NCBI RefSeq assembly: GCF_006345805.1
Contig: NC_042998.1
Location: 31,992,001 to 32,056,000, forward strand
Direction: 5' to 3'
Length of the DNA stretch: 64,000 bases
Origin: Octopus sinensis
Taxonomy: Eukaryota
In this document: one piece after another, positions 13,962 through 27,335 of the stretch
Layout: each line of letters begins with the position of its first letter
How positions within the stretch are numbered: position 1 is the stretch's first letter
The notes under the pieces: generated by a model
Told to the model about the DNA's origin: nothing
Seen by the model: only the letters and a program-made list of their open reading frames with translations
The model's database searches: none
Program-made: the position numbers and the translations under genes

Positions 13962-14439
13962 GTTATACTTCATCCCACAAAATATCTATTTTCATTTTGA
14001 ATTCAGTGGTTACTTACTGTTTTAGTTGTTATCCTATTTTGTTTTTGTTCGGTTGATTAGCCGCAGTTCAACGATGTTATCCTCGCCTCAATATAATTAT
14101 ATTTGTTATCGTTTGATTAATGTTGTCACTTTTACCACATAAGTTGTGCGAGCATTCATTTTACGATCCTGTTTTAAATTAAGTCAAGTAAATTCTGGAA
14201 CCCCACGAGACTAGTGAGAATCAGCGAAGGCAGGAACAAAACAACAGTAAAGATGTGAGGCTAACAAAGTGTAACATTTCGGCCACTTGTAGGAACTCTT
14301 TGATGACTGGTAAGAACCTAAAACGGTAGACTTTCACCTCTTTGTCTCAGCAGTTAAACTTATCCAGCATTCCATAAGATCTCTTTTTTCTGTAAGTCGG
14401 TACGGTACAATTTGAAGGCTATAAGGTTTCTTTTTTTCT

Positions 14440-14884
14440 GGCAGGAGTGGCTTTGTGCTAAGTAGCTTGCTTACCAACGACATGGTTCCGGTTTCATTCC
14501 CACTGCGTGGCACCTTGGGCAGGTGTCTTCTGCTAGAGCCTCGGGCCGACCAAAGCTTTGTGAGTGGATTTGGTAGACGGAAACTGAAAGAAGTTCGTCG
14601 TATATATATATATGTATATGTTTGTGTGTCTGTATTTGTCCGCCCACCATTGCTTGGTCAAACTGTGTCAGGTCAGGTAGACGGAAACTGAAAAAAGCCC
14701 GTCGTATATATATGTTTATGTTTGTGTGTCTGTGTTTGTCCGCTCACCATTGCTTGGTCAAACTGTGTCAGGTCAGGTAGACGGAAACGGAAAGAAGCCC
14801 GTCGGATATATATATATATATGTATATGTTTGTGTGTCTGTGTTTGTCCGCTCACCATTGCTTGGTCAAACTGTGTCAGGTCAG
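14440..14884 (+). mobile_element. SINE family A 5' half with a triplicated unit of about 100 bp
   Basis: Units GGTAGACGGAAA..GTCAGGTCA at about 14571, 14677 and 14776. Confidence 0.8.
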
Positions 14885-15099
14885 GTTTCTCAGACATTTT
14901 CCATCTATGGAGCCGCTTGATTCATACTTTACCCAACTGGATCAACATAGCAATTTCATGTTTTAAAAAAATCTTATATTTTTATAATTAAATATTATTA
15001 GGAACTGCATTCAATAAAATGGTCATCTTTTATCTTTTACATACATACATACATACATGTTTGTGTGTGTGTGTATGTGTGTGTGTGTGTGTGTGTGTG

Positions 15100-15280
15100 T
15101 TTCCACGACAGCCTGACAACCGGTGTTGGTGTGTTTACGTTCTCAGAACATAGCGGTTGGATTGAATAAGTACCAGACTAGAAAACTAATAAGTACTGGG
15201 ATCAATTCATTCGACTGAAAAGTCTTCAAGGCGCTGCTCCAGCATGGCCGCAGTCCAGTGATTGAAACAATTAAAAATAA
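15100..15280 (+). mobile_element. SINE family A, 3' half
   Basis: GACAACCGGTGTTGGTGTGTTTACG..CTCCAGCATGGCCGCAG. Confidence 0.7.
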
Positions 15281-15326
15281 ATGATATATTCATGAACGCA
15301 TTTATGAATGAGATCCGCAGCACAAT

Positions 15327-15799
15327 ATTTATCGACCCCGAAAGGATGCAAAGCAAAGTCGACTTCGGCGGAATTTGAACTCAGAACATAAAGACACGAA
15401 ATACCTATTTCTTTACTCGGACAAAGAAGGAAAGACAAACGCATTAAGTCGATTGTATCGACGCCAGTGCGTAACTGGTACTTAATTTGTCGACACCGAA
15501 AGCATGAAAGGCAAAGTCGACCTCGGCGGAATTTGAACTCACAACGTAGCGGCGGACGAAATACCTATTTCTTTATTAACCACAAGGGGCTAAACACAGA
15601 GGGGACAAACAAGGACAGACATAGGTATTAAGTCGATTACATCGACCCCCAGTGCGTAACTGGTACTTAATTTATCGACCTCGATAGGATGAAAGGCAAA
15701 GTCGACCTCGGCGGAATTTGAACTCACAACGTAACGACAGACGAAATACCGCTAAGCATTTTGCCCAGCGTGCTAACGTTTCTTCCAGCTCGCCACCTT
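15327..15799 (-). mobile_element. Family B trimer (one headed unit and two headless units)
   Basis: CGAAATACCTATTTCTTTA junction occurs twice (about 15397 and 15558). Confidence 0.8.
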
Positions 15800-17489
15800 C
15801 TCTATTAATTGGGAAATATTTCCATAACAATTGTTTGAAATGTTTCGTGCCACCCTTTAGATTACTAAGCAGACCAAAAAAAAAAAAAGAAATAAAATGG
15901 AACATGTAAGATTATTGATTTGTCAATAAGGGTCGCGAGTGTTAGAGGTTCAAAACAGCTTAAAGCGTATTATTGTCGAGATTATGTGACGATATAATCT
16001 AAAATCGTTGTTTATTGCTGAGATTTGGCTGATAATGAATGTGTGCTGATGCATGTGCTGCGGATGTTTATATTACACAAAGCACAGATTCTATTAAATG
16101 TTCAAAAAAGGGCTCCTGATTCCGCAGGTAAAATTATTGTGAAGTCATGATACTCAAGCCATTCTCAGCAAGCATTGGAAATATAAAGGAATGGTTTGTC
16201 CTGTAAGGTACTTAGTTTGTCTATCTTCCCTCGTTTTACACTCCTTTTCTCTCATTCTATGACTCTTTCTCTCATTTTCTTTCTTACTCTCTTGTTTAGT
16301 CACACTATTTCTCCGATATTTCTTTCCCTTTCTCTTCTCTCTTACTGTTGTTATCATTTCCTTCCTATCGTCTGCTCTCCTCGATCCTCCTCTCCCTTTC
16401 TCTTTTACACACACACTGCATCTCTCTCCCTGCTTCAGTTTCACTTTTTCTCTCGCTTCTCTCCTTCTAACGATCGTCTGCTTTCTCCACCGGTTTCACG
16501 TGCTCAATGATTTACAGGTGAACAAGCAGGCATGCAACAATCGTAAGAACCTATGTACGGTGGTGTCGTTACTTGGTCCCTGCAGTGCCACTAGAAGCAG
16601 CTACATCAGATGCCGAAAGCAACCGTAGAGGGGAATAATGGTGGCGACAGTAGCGCTAGGAACTATTGTGGTGGTGTTGGCGGTGATGGTGACTTGGAGG
16701 CGGCAGTAGTTGCCGTGATAGTAATAAGTATCTGCAGTTCCACAGGTGCAGGTATAAGCCGTGATAATAGCCAAGAATAGTGGATGGGTGTACTGTGCAT
16801 CTTAAAGGAGGTGTATTCGAATATTGGCATATTCCCCATCTCACCAATACAACCTTCCCCTTCCAGATCATCCCATTACCACATGTTCTGGCGTTATTGA
16901 TGTTACTTCATACCATGGAATGAGTTGGTTGCAAAATGACTAAGACTTTATTGATCAGAGTTGTTTTAGTTACTGTTATTAAATTAAAGTGTTTCTTTGT
17001 TTTGTTTTTTTTTCTTGGTTTTATCTAACGACAACAACAGCAGCAGCAACAACACACTGCCTAATTCTTATCTATTTTCTTATCCACAGAATACTTTGCT
17101 GCGACAGAATCGTGTGCTGTATGCAGTCCGCAGTTGTCTGGCGAGGTTTTGAGGCAAGTTGTAAAATGTCAGGCCATTTAGCGGACTTGAGTAAATTTAA
17201 TGCATCACTTCGGTACCTCTGTAATTATTTGTAGCAATTTGCAATATGCGCTGCTGGCTGTCTTTAAACAATTCTAACGTAATTTTAGTCATAAAACAAA
17301 ACGTTTATAAAATGATGAGATGCATTAAGACTTTTACTGCCTTATCCTACTTGTTATGGATGGAAAGAGATTGAAAATCGCTGCCCTAACCCAGTTTTTC
17401 TCAAAGTAGGTTCTGTATTAAATTCTATAGTTCGATGATATAAAGTGTCTTTGAATAATTTTTTTTTAATATTTGTTTCATATAGTATA

Positions 17490-17900
17490 GGCGTAGGAGT
17501 GGCTGTGTGGTAAGTAGCTAGTTTACCAACCACATGGTTCCGGCTTCATTCCCACTGCGTAGCACCTTGAGCAAGTGTCTTCTACTATAGCCTCGAGCCA
17601 ACCAAAGCCTTGTGAGTGGATTTGGTAGACGGAAACTGAAAGAACCCCGTCGTATATGTATATATGTGTGTGTGTGTGTGTGTATATGTTTGTGTGTCTG
17701 TGTCTGTCCTCTCAAGATGGCTTGAGGACCGATGCTGGTGTGTTCATGTTCTCGTAACTTAGCGGTTCGGCCAAAGAAACCGACAGAATAAGTATTAGAC
17801 TTCCAAAGAATAAGCTCTGGGGTCGATTTGCTCGACTAAAGACAGTGCTCCAGCATAGCCACAGTCAAATGACTGAAACATGTAAGAGAAAAGATAAGAG
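17490..17900 (+). mobile_element. SINE family A, full length (tRNA head, CORE-like ACCTTGAGCAAGT, internal (TA)n(TG)n, simple-repeat tail)
   Basis: A box TGGCTGTGTGG and B box GGCTTCATTCCC; colinear with more than 10 other copies in the window. Confidence 0.85.
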
Positions 17901-19007
17901 AGAGAAAAAATATAAGTACATTATTCACAGTTTTATTTTAAATTGTATGTTATATGTATATTTTTTATACGAATAAATTGTCTCTCTAAATTAACATATG
18001 CTTCATTCAAATAATTCAAAGGACAGCGATTTCCTTTAAAAAATAATTATGGGCTCTGCGGGTTCCGTAGAATATATAGCTGTAGTGGTTTTGTTTATTC
18101 TGAAATATGTCATTGATTTTTAAATGATCTTTTAATTTCTTTTCCTTCTGCTAAAATTATTATTAAAAATATTTTAAGAATGTACATTTGCCGAGTCATT
18201 AGAACACTTGCAAGATTTATTCACGATCCTGTACATTTTATGAATTCAAATTTTACCGAGGTCAGCTTTATCAAATATTCTTCCAGAATGAATAACATGA
18301 AGCACTATTCAACCACTAGGCTATTGTTTTAATCGGTTACATTTCTCTCGTCACACAGAAAATGTAATCCCTTGTACAATTAAATATTAGGGTGCTATAT
18401 CAAAGAGACGTACATTCATCAACGCGCTCAGAATGGAATTTAACACCTTCCTTTTGATAAAACTTAATTTCATATTTCTTGAACAGACAACTATAAAAAG
18501 AAATTAGGACAGTCAGTTACAATTCAATAAGTATGTATGTATCTGTCTGTTCATGAATGCATGGGCGTGTGACTAAGTGTGTGTGTGTAAATGTGTGCGT
18601 ATGTGCGTGCGTGCTGGTGTATGCTTTGGAACATGAACCGATGATGCATACATTCACACACGGTCTAAGAGGAAGCTGCTTGTGTGTCACACCTGAGAAC
18701 GAAAATCCAATGAACACGGAATAACCATCGGAGATAAGATGCTTGCAAATGAAGTACCACTGGCAACACACAATCTAATCGATCGATCGATTCTTCCAAG
18801 GAAGAAGATACCTAGTGTAGCAGTTCTCTATATTTTCTGTTGATCAATCAATCGATAGATGAGATTCAACCTGAAACAGCTGTAAAGCTCTAATAAATAA
18901 ATGTATATAACCCTTTATTTTTTGTCTATTTTCTCTAATAATCTGTGAACACATGCTACCATGACTTAGTAACAGAACCAGAGATTTACATTATTTACAT
19001 TTGACGG

Positions 19008-19272
19008 ATTAGTGGTTAAGAGCGCGGGCTACTAACCCCAAGATTCCGAGTTCGATTCCAATCATTGACCTGAATAATGATAATAATAATAATAATAATA
19101 ATAACGTCGAAAAATACCTTAGGAATGAGAACCCAGGTTCGAAATTTTCCCCAAGACACTTGATGAAGGATGGAGGGTATATCAGCTGAAACATTGGGTT
19201 AACAACAAACAAGATGAGGACAAATATCCGTCAAATGTAAATAATGTAAATAATTCCTCATCTCTTAAATAT
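19008..19272 (+). mobile_element. SINE family C, second copy (5' slightly truncated)
   Basis: Colinear with 9240-9508, including the HHR-like segment at 19155-19200. Confidence 0.8.
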
Positions 19273-19440
19273 GGAACAGAACCATAGATTTACAACTTTG
19301 ACTAGTGAGAGATTTTGATTCCAGATCATCAGATGTACAATACAGATCAGAGGTCTTGTTTGTTAGCCAGACGTATTTTTTACTTACAGACAGCTCAAGA
19401 ACTATTTCGCCTGGTTACTAATTGCACTATCTTTTGGCTG

Positions 19441-19484
<44 letters not shown>

Positions 19485-20503
19485 GCACACATATTCACAC
19501 ATACAAGTACACATATTCACACCCACGCGCATGTGACTGTGTGTGTGTGTCTGTGTGTGTATAACAAATTATAGAGAAACTTTATTGCTCGCAACAAAAT
19601 TTATTGCTCCCAGGCCTTATTACTCCCAACAATCGTTTCGACTCCTCTTACATCGATCCCTAAAGGATGCTATACTGTACAACAGGTTGTGGGGCATCCC
19701 CCGATTCAGAAGTGTCTCGTCATGTGATTTCACAAGGAGCATCTCGTTAAATAACCTCTGTATTGTTCACTTTTAATACAGCATGTAGTTAGTGACCGTA
19801 TGGCTAGTAAACGGACCTTGTATCTCTTTAATATTCCACACTTCAGACAGAGATAGATGTAAATAGTGTAAGATAATAATGATAAAAGTCGTAATCTAAT
19901 GAACGGATGGTGATCTGCACCGGCAAAAATGAATCGTTGTTAGAGCATAGTAATCTGATTTGTTGTGCTGAGACACAGCTTCTAACATTTAGGGTGCTGC
20001 TCCTTCTAAGAGAGTAAATACAAACAACTATTGGAAATGAAATTTCAACATTCTTAGATATTAATTTGCTGTATTGTCTCGTCTGTCGGCATCAATCGTC
20101 TATATTTAACAATAATATGAATGTAGTTCACTCGGCTTTCTTAGAAATCTGTTCGAAGATATAACCAATGGTTTCATTTATCTTATGGAAAGTATTTGTT
20201 TAACAGATTAATAAATATTTACTTAAAACTGATTTATGTAGGCTCCATTCATTATATCTTTAATTCAACCAGTAAGTAATATATAATCAACCTCAGAGCT
20301 TAGTAGTTGTAAAATATATACATATACATTGACTAGCAATTTCCACACACACACACATATATATATATTGATATAATGACAAATACAATATATATCTTGT
20401 GTGTGCATATAAATATGTATGTATGTGTGTGTCTACGTATATATATACACACACATATATATATATATACACACATATATATATATGTATATATATATGT
20501 ATG

Positions 20504-20534
<31 letters not shown>

Positions 20535-20948
20535 GTATATATATATGTATATATACATATATATGTATATATATGTATATATACATATATATGTATATAT
20601 ACATATATATGTATATATATATACACACACACATACGTATGTATATCAGTCTTTTTTCATTTCAAAGACACATTTCCTTCGCGTGCATGCATATTTATTC
20701 GTTCTTCGTAAGCGATAATGAGATTGTCTCTACTTTCAGTTCAAAGCTTTCAAGTCGTTAATTTCACTTTAGACGTTGAAAGCATTTCTTGTAGATATGA
20801 GCAACTGTAGATATAGGACATGTTTCCTCCGAGTCTCTTTCGTTTATTTTATTTCTACATCCGGTTCTAATATCTCTAATGAAGTCTCTCTCACACACAC
20901 ACACTCTCTCTCACATGTCTACATGCCTACCTACCTACCCACCTACCC

Positions 20949-21014
<66 letters not shown>

Positions 21015-21027
21015 ATATATATATACG

Positions 21028-21067
<40 letters not shown>

Positions 21068-21346
21068 ATTGTCCGTGTCTGTGTATGTATATATATATAT
21101 ATCAATAAATAAAACATATGCATATATATAAACATATATGTACGTACCTACCTCTACATGTACATATACACGCCTATATGGGTACAGGACACCAAAAATA
21201 CGTCACAAACCAAAGCAACTGGACATTTTTTTAAAACAACAAAAAAATAGAGTACAGGACAATTAGCACAAAGAAAAAACCCCTTCTTCAGTCGCTATGG
21301 TTTCATCTACTCTACGTTTCGATGTGTGTGTGTGTATATGTATGTG

Positions 21347-21379
<33 letters not shown>

Positions 21380-21641
21380 GTGTATGTATGCATTTTTATC
21401 AAAGCTGCAAAAACATTGAAAAAAAATGTGCCGTGTTTCCCATCGTCGGACAGTTGTGATCAAAACAGGAATAAAATCGTGATGGTCCATGTAATATATG
21501 ATTTAATGCAATTCTATTTGACGAATAAGTATTTGAATTTGATTGGATGAATTAATTTCAAAATATAAACTGTGTTGCATTCGCTAACAGTTGCGTCCGT
21601 TTGGGGTGTATAAATTTGCGTTGTGGGAGTATAAATTAAAC

Positions 21642-21706
<65 letters not shown>

Positions 21707-21790
21707 TGAAGTAGATAAATGAATTATCTCATTACGGATAATTCAAATGATAACCGATACCTGGGTAGCAAAAATCACAACATTTCTTCC
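21707..21790 (-). mobile_element. Solo fragment related to the PLE2 3' terminus, flanked by (TA)n
   Basis: Shares aaccgatacc..gtagcaaaaatcaca with 48765-48842. Confidence 0.5.
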
Positions 21791-21792
21791 TA

Positions 21793-21843
<51 letters not shown>

Positions 21844-22112
21844 CATATCGAAAAAATCTTGTGTGAAATAGGGAATAATACATTTCCAGTAGAGATTCAT
21901 TAATAATTAATCGAAGCGTATGTTTGTTTTTATAAATTTAGTTGTCTATGGATTAAATAAGTTCCAGGTTGGAAAATTAAATAATGAGTTTATAGTACAC
22001 ATACACACAGATACAAACGTTTCAATGACTATATAGGCATACACAAAATACATACCCGCATATACACGCATATATACCTCCCCACCATATATACATAAAT
22101 ACATACATACGT

Positions 22113-22528
22113 AGCCGAAGGAGTGGCTTTGTGCTAAGCAGCTTGCTTACCAACCACATGGTTCCGGGTTCAGTCCCACTGCGTGGCACCTTGGGCAGGT
22201 GTCTTCTACTATACCTTCGGGTTGAACAAAGCCTTGTGAGTGGATTTGGTAGATGGAAACTGAAAGAAGCCCGTCGTATATATGTATATATATATATATA
22301 TGCGTGTGTTTGTTTGTGTGTCTGTGTTTGTCCCCCTAGCATTGCTTGACAACCGATGCTGGAGTGTTTATGTCCCCGTTACTTAGCGGTTCGGCAAAAT
22401 ATACCGATAGAATAAGTACTGGGCTTACAAAAAGAATAAGTCCCGGGTCGATTTGCTCGATTAAAGGAGGTGCTCCAGCGTGACTGCAGTCAAATGACTG
22501 AAACAAGTAAAAGAGTAAAAGAGTAAGA
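22113..22528 (+). mobile_element. SINE family A, full length
   Basis: Colinear with 17490-17900; tail GTAAAAGAGTAAAAGAGTAAGAG. Confidence 0.85.
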
Positions 22529-22559
22529 GATATATATATATAATATGTATGTATGTATG

Positions 22560-22612
<53 letters not shown>

Positions 22613-22683
22613 GTAAAGATATATGGATAAAACGAGAAAAGGAGTAAAAGCAAAAGAGTATTTTATATGTATATATATATATA

Positions 22684-22744
<61 letters not shown>

Positions 22745-22746
<2 letters not shown>

Positions 22747-23288
22747 AAAATAGTAAAGAGTGTAAAAACGACAGAAGGCTTAAATGTTAAAAAATATATA
22801 TTTGCGTCAAAATGTCTGGAGAATATTGGAAAAAATTTTTTTTCCTTTCCTTAAAATGACATAATTTTATACTTTTTAAAGAAATACCGGTTTCGCAGTT
22901 AGCTCTTCAAATTTCTTGTGACTTAATGTTTATTTTTAATAACGTAATCCTTGTATTTTTGCTACGGAGAGTTCTAAATAAGGAAAAGTAGTGAGTGATT
23001 TCTTCCGGTGTAAGGGAGATAATCGCTTAAAAATTTTTTTTCCTTTAGTGTGGATTTCTCTGTATTATTGAGTTCGGATAGTTGAGTCTGGGTTTGTACT
23101 TTTCAATGAAGAATGTTTCCTTATTTAGTCTAATTTGTGATGATGATCCGAAAGCACATTGGTAAAATGGAAAGATTAAAAATTGTGGTTGTAGTTGCTT
23201 TGCGCATTTCTCAATGTGCTCACTAAAAGGTATCATTCTATATTCTGGGAATGCAATCTGTTGTCGATGCAGTGTGCATCTACGTCTG
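22745..23288 (-). mobile_element. PLE3 3' fragment (end of GIY-YIG EN + 3' UTR with degenerate minimal HHR), copy 1
   Basis: Peptide RRRCTLHRQQI..SEHIEKCA..FPFY..KETFFIEKYKPRLN; HHR-like gaaat-TTGAAGA-gc-taact-gc-GAAAC-CG-GTA at 22881-22915 (-). Confidence 0.75.
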
Positions 23289-23303
23289 AGTAAAAGAGTA
23301 AGA

Positions 23304-23354
<51 letters not shown>

Positions 23355-23422
23355 AGATATATGGATAAAACGAGAAAAGGAGTAAAAGCAAAAGAGTATT
23401 TTATATGTATATATATATATAG

Positions 23423-23457
<35 letters not shown>

Positions 23458-23479
23458 TATATAATATATATATATATAT

Positions 23480-24024
23480 AAGAAAATAGTAAAGAGTGTA
23501 AAAACGACAGAAGGCTTAAATGTTAAAAAATATATATTTGCGTCAAAATGTCTGGAGAATATTGGAAAAAATTTTTTTTCCTTTCCTTAAAATGACATAA
23601 TTTTATACTTTTTAAAGAAATACCGGTTTCGCAGTTAGCTCTTCAAATTTCTTGTGACTTAATGTTTATTTTTAATAACGTAATCCTTGTATTTTTGCTA
23701 CGGAGAGTTCTAAATAAGGAAAAGTAGTGAGTGATTTCTTCCGGTGTAAGGGAGATAATCGCTTAAAAATTTTTTTTCCTTTAGTGTGGATTTCTCTGTA
23801 TTATTGAGTTCGGATAGTTGAGTCTGGGTTTGTACTTTTCAATGAAGAATGTTTCCTTATTTAGTCTAATTTGTGATGATGATCCGAAAGCACATTGGTA
23901 AAATGGAAAGATTAAAAATTGTGGTTGTAGTTGCTTTGCGCATTTCTCAATGTGCTCACTAAAAGGTATCATTCTATATTCTGGGAATGCAATCTGTTGT
24001 CGATGCAGTGTGCATCTACGTCTG
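23480..24024 (-). mobile_element. PLE3 3' fragment, copy 2 (tandem, period about 736-738 bp)
   Basis: Non-microsatellite sequence matches 22745-23288; ORF 23781-24116. Confidence 0.75.
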
Positions 24025-24040
24025 AGTAAAAGAGTAAGAG

Positions 24041-24092
<52 letters not shown>

Positions 24093-24098
<6 letters not shown>

Positions 24099-24345
24099 AA
24101 TCCAAACGGGAAACAAAAAAACAACAACAATGGAACAATTACAGTATTATTATTAATAGGCCCTCAGGAAAAGGAAGCAGGGAGGTATGACGTTTCGAGC
24201 GGAGCTCTTCGTCGGAAACATAAAGAAGGAAGAGAGAGGAAAGAAAGATCCCAGAGCGGGCAACAGGGAAAGAGAAAAAAGACGACTGGTGTTTACGAGT
24301 TGTACATGGTGAAAGGCGGATGTTTACGAAAACAGAGCAAAGTGG
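24093..24345 (-). repeat. Second copy of the CCGACGA HHR-like repeat family
   Basis: atgttt-CCGACGA-A-GAGC-TCC-GCTC-GAAAC-GTC at 24189-24221 (-). Confidence 0.55.
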
Positions 24346-24507
24346 GTTTTTAAAGGCAAAAGAGTGGAGACAAGGTTGGTAACGCAACAGATGTGTGTGT
24401 ATGTGTGAGTGTGTGCGTGTGCGTGTGTGTATGTGTGTGTGTGAGGCGAGATGAAAAAACAAAAAATATATATGTGTGTGTGTGTGTGTGTGCGTGTGCG
24501 TGTGCGT

Positions 24508-25100
24508 GTGTGTATGTAGGTGTGTGGGCGTGTGTATATGTGTGCGCGTGTGTGTAACGAAAAAGGGGGGGGGTTAAGGAAAAAGGACTCCAGCTGAGAG
24601 GAAGATGGAAGAGTGGTCCCGCGGAGGCGGGCGTGGGAAAACCCAACGACACGCGACGGTCCCAGGAACGGGCGGGAGGTCTTGTCGGTTCCAAGAGCGA
24701 GGTGCCTGCGGAGCGTATGCGTACGCGAACCGGCGCAAGCGCGTGCGTGCGCGAGCCTGCGAGTATGTGCGTAAGTATGTATGTGTGTGTGTATGTATAT
24801 GGGTGTATGTATGTATGTGTGTGTATGTAGGTGTGTGGGCGTGTGTATATGTGTGCGCGTGTGTGTAACGAAAAAGGGGGGGGGTTAAGGAAAAAGGACT
24901 CCAGCTGAGAGGAAGATGGAAGAGTGGTCCCGCGGAGGCGGGCGTGGGAAAACCCAACGACACGCGACGGTCCCAGGAACGGGCGGGAGGTCTTGTCGGT
25001 TCCAAGAGCGAGGTGCCTGCGGAGCGTATGCGTACGCGAACCGGCGCAAGCGCGTGCGTGCGCGAGCCTGCGAGTATGTGCGTAAGTATGTATGTGTGTG
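24508..25100. repeat. Tandem duplication, period 311 bp, with a CpG-rich core of about 200 bp
   Basis: TAACGAAAAAGGGG..GCGAGCCTGCGAG at 24555 and 24866, identical by eye. Confidence 0.9.
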
Positions 25101-26395
25101 GATGTGTGAGTGTGTCTGTGTGTATGTCCGGGTGGCAGTGTGTCCGATGAATGTATATGAGTATGTGTGTATGTATGTGTGTGCATAGATGTATGTCCGT
25201 GTGTGTGTGTGTGTGTATGTGTGTGAGCGTGTATGTATGTACGTGTGGGTGTGGGGAAGTGTGTGTATGTGCATGTGTGTGCGCGTACATACAGGTGTGT
25301 GAGTGAGTGTGTGTGTGTATGTATGTGTGAGTGTGTATGTATGTGTGTGTAGGATGCATGTATGTGTATGGGTGTATGTATGCGTGTGTGTATGTATGTA
25401 TGTGTACGTGCGTGTGTGTGTGTGTATGCGTGTAGGTGTGCGCGTGTGCATGCATGCATGCACGCATGTGCGTATGTGTGTGTGTGTGTGCATGTGTGTG
25501 GGTATATATGTATGTGCGTATATGTGTGTGTGTGTGCGTACATGTGTGTGTGTGTGTGTATGCATGTGTGTGTATGTAGGTGTGTAGGCGTGTGTGTATA
25601 GGTGTATGTATGTAAGTATGTATGGGTGTGTCCGTGTATGTGTGTGTGTATGTGTGTGTGTGTATGTAGGTGTGTGGGCGTGTGTATATGTGTGTGTATG
25701 TAGGTGTGTGGGCGTGTGTATATAGGTGTATGTGTGTATGTCTGGGTGTGTCCGTGCATGTTTGTGTGTGTGTGTGTATGCATGTGTATGTAGGTGTGTG
25801 TGTACGTGTGTAATGTATGTGTGTATGCGTGTGTATGCGTGCGTGTGTGTATGTAGGTGCGTGTGTATGTGTGTGGGAGTGTAGGTGTGTGTGTGCGTGT
25901 GCGTGTGCGTGTTTATGTTGGTGTGTGCGTATGTGAGTGTGAGTGTATGGGTGTTTGTCATGCATGTGTGTGCGCGTGCAGGTGAGTGTGTGTGTAAGTA
26001 TGTGTGTGTGTATGTTTGTGTGAGTGTGATGTGTGTATGTCTGTGTATGTATGTGTGTGTAGGAGTATGTGGGTATGTGTGTGTGTATGTATATGGGTGT
26101 ATGTATGTATGTGTGTGTGTGTGCATGTGTATAAGTATATGTGTGTGTGCGTATGTGTGTATATGTGTATGTGTGTGTGTTTATGTATGTGTGTATGTAT
26201 GTGTGTAGGCGTGTGTGTGTAGATGTATGTATGTATGGGTGTGTGTCCGTGTGTGTTTGTGTGTGTGTGTAGGTAGATGTGTGTGTCTGAGTGAGGGTAT
26301 GGCTGTGTAGGTGTGTGTGTGTATGAATGTAAGTGTGTGTGTATACAAGTGTAATGTATGTATGTAGGTGTGTGTGTGTGTGTATGTGTACGTGT
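25100..26395. repeat. 1.3-kb compound (TG)/(TATG) low-complexity tract
   Basis: Direct reading; source of the long His/Thr ORFs in the track. Confidence 0.95.
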
Positions 26396-26964
26396 GCACT
26401 ATAGTTCCTGGCCGACTGATATCTTGTGACTGAATTTGGTAGCGAAAACCGAAAGAAATCCGTCGTATATATATTTGTGCAACTAAACAAGTGAACAGGT
26501 AACATTCATAATATCTATAATTATATGATGTACATTGACATACGTATTTTGGACGATAGTGAGAAGTCGATGAAACCACTCCCTGAATGAAGGACAATGC
26601 AGACTGTCATCGATGTTTCGAATAACCGTAAAAACTATTCATATGAAAACTCTTATTCATAATATCCATCTATAGCAGTAATTATATATATGAAAAAGTG
26701 AAATCTACAGCATAATCTTCTTGAAACTCGAGTAATTGCCACGGCACCGACAGTTTTTCACAATTTCAGTGGCTGAAATATTTTAAACCCTTAGCAAAAA
26801 TTACTTGACTTGCGTTTATGATTATTTTAGTGAAACTGAGACCTCCGAAATCTCTGGCCGTTTGTAACAGTGAACTATAATTATAATAATATTTATGGTG
26901 CAAAATATAGTAATGATAATTGCTTCTAATTTAGAGGAGATAGGAAGTCGATGCTACCGACATC

Positions 26965-27335
26965 ATCACTTAACTCTAACTTTATTTTATCGACCTCGGA
27001 GTGATTAAGGGCAAAGTTGACTTCTGACGGATTTGAACGCAGAATGTAAAGAGCCGAAAATAACACTGCAATGTATCTCATATGGCACTCTAAAGATTCC
27101 GCCAATTCATGGCCTAAAAAAATGGTTTTAAATTTTGGCACAAGGCCAGCAATCTCGTGAGATGGGTTAAGACGATTACATCGACTCCAGTGGCCAACTG
27201 GTGCTTATTTTATCGACCCCAAAAAGATGAAAGGCTAATTGGGCTTCGGTTGAATTTGAAGCAAAAACATTAAGACAAACAAAATTCCGCTAAGTATTTT
27301 GCTTGGCGCCGTAATGATACTGCTGCCAGCTCCCT
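26965..27335 (-). mobile_element. Two degenerate family B copies
   Basis: Partial core and head matches. Confidence 0.6.

Noticed and set aside
14571-14884. Repeat-spacer appearance resembling a CRISPR array
   Set aside because: The units are SINE-derived, the spacers are microsatellite, the context is eukaryotic and there are no cas genes.
24350-26597. Long ORFs of 477, 643 and 413 aa
   Set aside because: Translations of (CA)/(CATA) low-complexity DNA; stop-free because of composition.
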